Shown piece after piece: positions 54,394 to 64,000 of a stretch of DNA of 64,000 nucleotides. The number at the start of each line of letters is the position of its first letter. The first letter of the stretch is position 1. The notes under the pieces were generated by a model. It saw nothing but the letters and a program-made list of their open reading frames with translations, was not told the DNA's origin and made no database searches. Both the position numbers and the translations under genes were made by a program. Source of the DNA: Octopus vulgaris (Eukaryota); contig OX597827.1 of NCBI GenBank assembly GCA_951406725.2, forward strand, positions 44,330,001-44,394,000, written 5' to 3'.

Positions 54394-55904
54394 ATAACAG
54401 AGTTGAAACCAAAATTTTCAATCAGCTTTTATGTGACAATAGTCCAATATCTTTCCCTAAATCACTAAAGGATATGGAACTGCCATTGATAAGCCCCATA
54501 TCAACCCTGATTTGAACTGTCCTATGATCAAAAGAGTTCTACCCATTACTATCCCCGCCTTTTCCTTTCAGACATCATTTCTGCAAAATGTATATAATTT
54601 AATGAAATCTCAGCTATAGCTTTCTTTTTTTTTTTTTCCTTACTGAAAATAGTGAAATATGATTCAGGGGAGGTTTGGTTATTTCAAGTCAGTCAGGTGA
54701 TTGTGTCAAGGGAGAACTCCTTCCATCCCAGATGACAAAAGACGACTTTCTTTAGTGAAATTGCAAGATACTGTACTTTACTTTCCTCATCAAGCTCTCA
54801 CCCATCACCACCATCTCTTCCTCCATACAACTAAATTCAGTCACCAAGGAACAAGCTGATAGATGGCTATATATTGCATGACACTTTCATGTGCTTGTTT
54901 GCTGAATCCACAATCAATTCTTGGCATCATAAAGATTACCACTGAAGATTTCAGTTCCATATGCTAAATACAGAGCAATTCATCAGCTGAGCTTTAGCCA
55001 CAAGAAAAACTTTCTTCTAGGACCACAGGCTAACAGTACACTCACCAGTTCTATGGTGCTATTGTTGCTTACAATAGTAAGTTGTGTCACTGCCAAAGAC
55101 TACAAAGCCCTTACCAGTCGCTCAGTAGGTTGTTTCTTTCATTTGACTAAATCTGTTCATCTTACTAAGCATATGTCTTGCACTTTAGCCTCAAGTTTAC
55201 TGAAACCGAGTGAGTGAAATACAAACGCTGGAGGGCAAGTGGAAATCTGGTGCAAGGCTTGTGACAGTGGGCATTCACTTTACATCCATTTTTCCATGCT
55301 AGCATGGGTTAGAGAAATACATTATTGTATGTAAGGAGTGCATGTGTCTATGCAGTACTTAGACTTGTAGACTAAAATTCAATGATTCTTGTTGATCAAA
55401 CAAATGGAATATACATCTTCCAAACTGAAGCAAGATCTATTTACTAAGACAAGAACAGAAATAGTATGTGGAATAGAATTTCACGTCATACAACCCCACC
55501 CACAACCCCATTTCACCAAGACATGGCTCTACACCAACGAGATGTTAACAACAATTGAGTCAGTGACTGCAGCAATGGTGACAATTGCTGTGATAATAAC
55601 AGAATACTAGATAAAAGAGGTGTTTCGAGTAAATATTTAACTATTAGATACCACTGTTAATGTCAACAGTGAAGTCAAACACAGTAGTAGCAGCATGAAA
55701 TAATTGAAATGAAGCATGAAAACCTAGCTCCTCCCCTAGTGTGCAGCACCTCAGAAAGGCACATAACATATGTTACAACAGCTAAATAACTCTGGTATGA
55801 CAGAATACCACAATACTAAATGAGACTAACAATGCAAAGCATTTTACAGCCATTGTTTCCTAAACTTTATTTTGATCATCTTAGTAAAATAGGCAAGCTA
55901 TACC

Positions 55905-56135
55905 TTAACCCTTTTGTTACTGTTTTTCTGTTGAGATGCTCTGTGTTTCTTTCAATTAATTTTAAATATAACAGAGAATTTAGTAAAACAACTTAGTTAT
56001 CATTAAAGCTGGTCTTAGGAACATAGATTGTGACTAAGGTTTAGTGGAAGATTTTAATTCGAAACTTATGAAAACAAGACATTTGTACTACAGAGCCAGG
56101 GGCGGTTTCAGCCGGGTTGGTATCGAAAGGGTTAA
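55905..56135. mobile_element. piggyBac-type MITE
   Basis: ttaaccctttt...gaaagggttaa termini. Confidence 0.85.
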
Positions 56136-56164
56136 TTAATTTTGAAAACAAAAATAGTTGTCAC

Positions 56165-56555
56165 AGTGTGGTAAAAATTTGGCTTTCTAACCATGTGGCT
56201 TTGGATTTTTTTCCATTGCATGGCACCTTCAGTGAGTGCTTTCTACTATAGCCTTGAGCTGACCAAATCCTTGTGAGTGGATTTGGTAGATGGAAACTGC
56301 AATAAGCCCATTGTGTGTGTGTGAGAGAGAGAGGGAGAGGGGGGGATTATGTTTGTTCACCACCACCACTTGACAACTGATTTTAATTTGCTTCTATCAC
56401 AGTAACTTAACAGTTCAACAGACGAGACCAATAGAATGAGTACCAGGACTACAAAATAAATAGTGTGGGGTGGGGGTGGGGGGTCGAATTGTTCAGTGAA
56501 ACCATTGAAAGTGCTGCCCTAGCACAGTTGCAGTCCGATAACTGAAACAAATAAG
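56165..56555 (+). mobile_element. Old group A SINE
   Basis: Collinear with group A, with many CpG-to-TpG/CpA changes. Confidence 0.75.
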
Positions 56556-56999
56556 AATCTGGAAGGGCTAAGTAAATTAACTAAATCTTTCATTTGTCTG
56601 GGGTACAACAAAAAGTTCTTACATATATAAAAATTATGGTAAAAGGACTTAATTTAAATATAACAGTCAAAATGGTCGGTTTTCTATTGCAAGACCATCA
56701 GCTTCTAAATGCTTAATCATTAATCCATAGTAGATATTAGGTTTTATTGTGTCTCTAGCATGGTCAATCACATTTTAAATTCAATATGCCTCAAATTGAC
56801 TAGCTACAGGAGACAAGATACCACGCTGCTAATCATTGTCATCTGTGTTTTTCTCAGTCGTGAAAAACAGTGAAAAAGGATTACTGCTTTGCTTGGGGGC
56901 ACAATGGTAGTCATAATAAAGTTTCATATTGACCATGTCAGTAACCCAGCACTTTAGTCTCACAGTCATTACTGACAGGTAACTGCAATTCTTTATTCA

Positions 57000-57455
<456 letters not shown>

Positions 57456-57526
57456 CTATTGTTTATGCCACCAATAACATATCACATATACGCAATGCAT
57501 GTACCTTTTATACATACATAAAAAAA

Positions 57527-57562
<36 letters not shown>

Positions 57563-59041
57563 CATACACACATACATATATTACTACAATGTACTACTTT
57601 GCCATTGCGTGTACTAATTCAAATTTTTTGTGCTGAACAGGCACTGCACACGTAATGTCTTTATTATTATTATTATTATTATTACTATTAAACAAAATGT
57701 TTTATGTTGACATGCCATCTGTTCAGAGAAGAACTTGAACTAATAATAACAATAGAGCGAGCATTAGTCAACTCTAACAATTATATATATTACATGAACA
57801 CCACCATATTTTAAATCTCTTGAAGAAAACAATGTATTAGCAGCAGATAGCTTTTATAATATGTATACACACACTCACACACATAAATCAAAATTTCAGT
57901 TCTTTTATTATTCCAATTGTATTCGGTTTGAAATTTTACACAGAGAGACAGGGGTGGTGGAGGGGAGGGGGAAATGGGAATGACAAACTGAAACAAGAGA
58001 AATAGATGAATCTGGAATTCAAACATAGAATTCAAATTTTAGTCTATCAGCTTAAATTTCAATAATTGTATTTAGCAAGGTGGCGAGCTGCAAGAACCAG
58101 CATTCTGCCTGAGGTTGACTTTGCCTTTCATTCTTTCAGGTTCGATAAAATAGGTACCAGTTGAGCACTGGCGTTGGTATAATCCATTTATACCCTCCCA
58201 TCCCATGAGCATGCTGGCGTTGCACCAAAATTGAAAACTAATATTAGTATTTAGCATCTAAAAAAAAAAAAAAATCTATTTTCAATTCAATCCACTGCCA
58301 GCAACAACACACCCACACCCCAGTTCCAAACTGAAATTATCAAAGAAAAAAAAAAATCGACCAAGTGTCTGAGAATACTGTCCCCACATAATGCTAAGTG
58401 CTTTGGAAGGAAAAGTTACAACACAATAGTAGGGAGCAGCAATTACTAATATTAAAAAAAGACTAATTTGTGAGACACACATACCTAAGAGCCGGCTAAC
58501 AACTTTTTTATAAAATTATTTTTGTTTTAATTGGCATGCAAATATCAATAAAGTTAGCACAGAGGTCATTAAATATAAAATACATATTTTACACGGTATA
58601 GTCATTTTAATTTTCAGCAAATATTCGACTTGTAAGGGACAAGTTAACTACTTAGCTTTAATTAGGAACTAAACATTTAGCACTTAAATCGCTGAAAGAA
58701 AAACAATATACAGCCTGCCAACCAACCCGTCATCTACTGGAGTTTATTGTACACACATATCTCTATCTACACACACATAAGCCACAAATCATCAGTACCA
58801 TCGATAAAAACTATTAAATGTTAGTTGTACACCTTTTTACTGTATATTTCCTGAGGGTGATTTAGTTGTGTACTTTGGGTAATACAGGGTCTCAAGGTTC
58901 AACCTCGTGAATAAGGTGGGTGTTTGAGAAAGAACAGGCAGAGAAGAATCATGCCCCTCAACTCTTCCTATTATGAAAGCAACATTAGCTTTAGATAGTA
59001 AATTTTATTTCAAACACACAACAGCTTTTTTCATCTTCTCT

Positions 59042-59217
59042 TTAACCCGATCGTATCCAACCCAAGTATTCTACCTGCTTTATGCTCAAGCTGGTCAAAT
59101 ACAGCCTCTCACACCTATCCCACAATGTCATTCTAAAAAGTAAACATGATTAATTTAAAACAATGTGAATAAATAAGCATTAAATTTGACAGAATAATTT
59201 GAATACTAAAAGGTTAA
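59042..59217. mobile_element. Second TTAA-flanked MITE family (related copy at 47758-47910)
   Basis: Shared acaatgtcattctaaaaa core and aaaaggttaa end. Confidence 0.65.
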
Positions 59218-61388
59218 TGTGACAGACAAGATCAATTAACAGATGTCTCATTGTTATCAATTATTTTTTTTTCTCATGAAGTCACAGAGAAAACCACTTT
59301 AGTTTAGTCTACCCTTCCTCAATGATCTCTGGAATTGGAAAAGATCAACAAAAATTCAAACTTCCCCATAACATAGTCAATAGCGTAAAACAAAATAGTA
59401 TGAAAATCATAAATAAATAGAATTATAATGTCTATCTTAAAATGAGTTGATAGCCATGTCCTTTATGGCAAACATAAAAAAGGGGAAAATAAATAGAAAT
59501 ATAACCAAGCCTTTATAAATGAAAAGATGAATCAAGACAAATTCATTTTCACCAGAAACACATACAGTATATAAGCAAGTGGAAAATGAAATATCTGAAG
59601 CAATGAGATTTTCCAACAAAACAACAATAACTTGTAAATAAAATGGAGAAAAGTAACAGATCCTCAGTCCATACGAGAAATGTTAAGAATTAAGAGACCA
59701 CGACCAGTAAATTAAAATTTTCTCCAGATTGCGACAAAGATTTGAATAAAAAAATAACCAGATTTTAAACTAAGTGCATAGAGAATGTATAGTATGAAAA
59801 AAAAAAATGACCAAAAGAAAAAAAAAATGTTTGCAAAATGGTGGTTGGTTGTAACTAAGAATTTTAATTCAAAAACATCGGCACTTTTAACTATAATTTA
59901 GTCAAGCTTTGAAGTTGTGTACTGCAGGTGACACAAGGTGTCATGGTTCAACCTCGTGAATAAGGTGGGTGTTTGAGAATGAACAGGTACAGAAGAGTCA
60001 TCCCTCCCAACAACTCTGCCTATTATGAAAGCAACACTAGCTTTCAATATTAAATTTTATTTCAAATACACAAATTCAGAACATCACCACTTTTAACTTT
60101 TCTCTACAATAGGGCTAATATGCAATTTTCTATAGCATCACCATCAACATTTTAATGTCTACTTCTCCCACATTTGTATGGTTCAGATAATCTCTAATAT
60201 ATCATATATATATATCATATATATGTCCAGCCATGACTGTGCAGTTCAGAAGCTGGCTTCTCAACCATGTGGTTTCAAGTTCATTCCAGCTGTACCGCAC
60301 CTTCAGCAAATGTCTTCTACTATAACCAATGGCTGATGTGTGTGTGTATCTGTGTGTGCACGCAAACACACACAGATTGTTTTTGTCCCAGTTAATTCTG
60401 AAGATCATATAGAATTTTGTAAAATGACTGAGATTTATTAAACTGGTGCTTGGAACATGAAACAACATGGAATTTTGATGCAAGGATTTAATATGGATCA
60501 CATAAGAACAGAGAGTTCGTATCACAGAACTGGGGAGTGGGTGGGTAGGGGGTCTCAGGCAAGCTAGTGTCAAGTAGAGTTAAAATGAATACCATATGCA
60601 TTAAAACGCCTGCCATACTTGCCACAGTGAAAACAGAATGGGCATATTCATAATGCTAATAACTAAAATTTTACAGGGAAAAACATATTAATGATGGGTG
60701 CCACTTAGAACAAGGTGCGGAATTGAAATTGACTGAAGACTTTTTTTAAAAGGTCACCTATTACTAACATCATTAATCAATGACAGAGGGAAATTAACCA
60801 CTTCAGTATCAGACTAAATGTTTTGCTGTTTTTAAACCTCTTCCTTCTACACATTTCATTCAAATCCTCCAGGAGGTGTGGCCTTTTGCCTTTCAACTCT
60901 GAGCTACCATCAGTTTATGCTGTGGAATAATGCAACTGTCTTGTCAGTTTCAGAAATAACTCTTATTATTAACTTTGTGAAAAATAAACAAATAGAAATA
61001 AAAACTATATATCTAACTGACCAGCTACTAATGTTGTTAAATTCTTTGTGCATTTTATATTGATGAAAACGACAACAACTATACAAAAAAAAAAATTATG
61101 AATATACTCTTCAAATAAAACTGACAGCTTGAAATATAGATCATCCCATATTAACTGATGTGAAGAAACAGTAGCACTTATTCCAAATTAAATTATACAC
61201 ATAATACATTTGAATGTATATGTGTATGTATGGTTTATAACAGCACATGTTCAAGTGTCTGAGTATGTGTGTCAGAGAGAGAGAGATAGAGAGAAAAGAG
61301 AGAGAGAATGTGTGTGTGCGTGCATGTCAGTGTATCTATGTGCATGTATGAGTGTGTACCATACCACCCGACTTAAATAGGCGCTTAC

Positions 61389-61439
61389 CTTTGCTTGCCC
61401 CATTACCGAATTCTCCCGGGTTTTGGCTGTTCACTTTCA
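61389..61439 (-). CDS. CtBP: Candidate 51-nt cassette exon of CtBP, predicted (V)KVNSQNPGEFGNGASK
   Basis: Acceptor ttttattctgtgattcag, donor AAG|gtaagc, length divisible by 3. Only the phase-1 frame, which the next exon needs, lacks a stop. Confidence 0.55.
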
Positions 61440-62117
61440 CTGAATCACAGAATAAAATGTAATTAATAGACTACTGAAAAATAAATCACCGAGCAGACAC
61501 CAGGCAACACCAGGCAGAACTGATACCTGAACAATGCTGGCTAAGGACTAAGTTTAATTTATGTTGGTACCTAAACAGAGCTTGACAGTTTCACCAGACA
61601 AGCAGCTTCAACAATCTCTATTTCTCTGCTTAAACTTATATCCTGCTGTCTTGGTTTCAGTCAATAGATTGTGAAGCAATGATAAGGTACCACAACCAAG
61701 ACTGTAATAGTCAATTATATCAACTCTATTACCTAATTTTATCAAGCTCAGAAATGTGAAAAGCAGAGTGAGCCTAAGCTAGATTTGAACTCCCAATGTA
61801 AGTGAATGCTAATAAATACTGACGAGTGCACTACTAATTCTGCCGCCCTGATGCAAGACACACCAGGACCATACCAACCCAACTGTGGGACAGGGATTAA
61901 TATACAAATAGAGTTTACTATTGATGTTGTTTACTTGTATATATTTTCTTTCCTTCTTTTATAATAATTTATCTGAGAGCATCTGAATACAGTGGGGACT
62001 ACAAATGAAAGAGAAAAATGACTTACGAAGCAGACACTAAACAGAGGTGCTGAAAACATGCTTAAATTACAGCAGGGTAATTCACTATGTGGAAATTAAA
62101 ACCATATGTTTTTATAG

Positions 62118-62194
<77 letters not shown>

Positions 62195-62869
62195 GAAAAA
62201 GGGTGGGGGGAAAATCACTTTTACTTGTAAGGGTGCAAGTTACCTTATTCAGTCTGGGTACCATTCCACCAAGGAAAAAAAAAATTACCTTTAAGTTTGC
62301 GGAGTTGCTAAAAGGAGATATGAGGAAGCAACACAATGCAAATATCACATAGAAACATGAAGAAAAGAAAATGAAGAATGGAGAAGAGAATTATTTTTTT
62401 AAAATTCTAAATAAAGATGGGGAAAATAATAAAAGATATACAGAAAATTTGATTTTATTAACTACTCAAAAGAGGAGAAAAATTATTATTCCTAACACTG
62501 AGAAAAGATGAGGAAATTTGAAGGGAAAGATATTAAAACTGGACATCAACTCATATTTAACCTCAGGTCAGCCTTAACTGAGCAGGCATATGATCAAGTG
62601 CATTCCGGCCATAACAATCCTGGCTTTCAATCAGATATGGTATATGTTGGGGTACATTATCCATTGTTTCTTCCCCAATGGCTTCGGCAGAAGAATAAAG
62701 CAATATATATTCCTTGAAGACTGGTAGGCAAGAGAAAATTATCATCAAACCAGAGACATAGCTCCAGGGTTAAACCAGGTGATGAAGCAAGTCGGCCTCC
62801 CAAAAGCAACGCCAGTCCTTTCCATCTGTTTTCATTGCAATTTCCAATAATCAAATTTCAACTCAAAAT

Positions 62870-62938
62870 GTAAAGCCAATTGAAACGCTGCTAATCATTT
62901 TGGTCTCATTGCAGAAAAGATTCTGCCAACTTACTACC

Positions 62939-62980
<42 letters not shown>

Positions 62981-63350
62981 GCTTCAAATTTTGGCACAAG
63001 GCCAACAATTTTGGGGGACAGGGTAAGTCAATTATATCAACCCCAGTGCTCAACTGGTACTTATTTTATTGACCTGAAAGGTTGAAAGGCAAAGACAACC
63101 TTGGTGGAATTTGAACTCAGGACAGATGAAATTCTTAGAAGTATTTCACCCAGCATAATAATAATGGCTTCAAATTTTGGCACAAGGCCAGCAATTTCGG
63201 GGGACCGGGTAAATCAATTATATCAAACCCAGTGCTCAACTGGTACTTATTTTATCGACCCCGAAAGGATGAAAGACAAAGTTGACCGCAGAATGTAAAG
63301 ATAGATGAAATGCTGTTAAACATTTTGCCTGGCATAATATTAACAATAAA
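62870..63350 (-). repeat. Short tandem run of group B SINE copies separated by (AAT)n
   Basis: aataatggcttcaaattttggcacaaggcc at ~62975 and ~63161. Confidence 0.8.
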
Positions 63351-64000
63351 TCCAGCTCAGCTCAAAGTGCTGTTTTCTGTCAAGCAGAAGATTTGGACTG
63401 CAATCTGGTAGTCAAGGCAAATATACAGCAGAAAATTTGCCAATTGATAACAATTTCCTATACAGGTACAGAGTGAAAAGTAAGTAACAGAGCAGATACA
63501 AACAACTGAAAGTGATAATTCCACAAATATGTTTCAACAATGTTGAAAGAAATGAGAAAGAGTGAGCTCTAGAGGGATTTGAATTAACTGGAAACAAGTA
63601 AATGAATCTAAACGTTAAGCAAAGCACTGGATGCTCTATTATTCCTGTCATGATATCTACCATATTGTCATCATCATCATCATCATTGTTATCGTCTGCA
63701 TGTACAGCTTTCCATGCTTGCATGGATGGGTCAGATGGAATTTGGTGAGGCAGATTTTCTCTGGTTTAATACCCTCTATGTTAAGTCTCACCTATTTCCA
63801 AGTAAGGTAATATTTCTCCATGACCAGACATGTTTTCACAGAAGATAGGAAACGAAGGACACCGCCTGCAGTACAGTGACACTCGTTTACAACTATCACA
63901 TGGAAAGCAACACAAGAAGATCGTCACACACACGACAAACTTCTTTCACTTTCTATCTATCAAATCCACTCGCAAGATTTTGGTCAACCCAGAACTAGAG

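Overview
AT-rich, microsatellite- and transposon-dense eukaryotic DNA, most likely from a coleoid cephalopod (Octopus). This is inferred from the tRNA-derived SINE families and the PYHCDICGKxFS-type zinc-finger fragment; no database was searched. The only confidently identified host gene is the 3' end of CtBP (C-terminal-binding protein) on the minus strand: three phase-1 GT-AG exons at 57412-57281, 53380-53210 and 46959-46712, then a probable ~3 kb 3'UTR. Its 5' exons lie beyond position 64000. Bases 1-43000 are mostly relics: three SINE groups, RTE and CR1/Jockey-like LINEs, two mariners, Tc1-like, pogo, MULE, hAT and Helitron elements, and Penelope-like inverted-repeat elements; piggyBac-type MITEs lie in the CtBP introns. 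The most interesting signals are candidate RNA-processing features of CtBP: an in-frame 51-nt cassette exon, a duplicated 16-nt hairpin microexon, an in-frame alternative acceptor, a short read-through tail, a Ser/Gly junction codon that A-to-I editing could recode, and a 290-bp intronic palindrome. Also notable are a three-site RFX X-box cluster, a ~4 kb same-orientation SINE array, and several local copy-paste insertions. Repeat boundaries were read by eye and are approximate. All splicing and editing ideas are unverified predictions.
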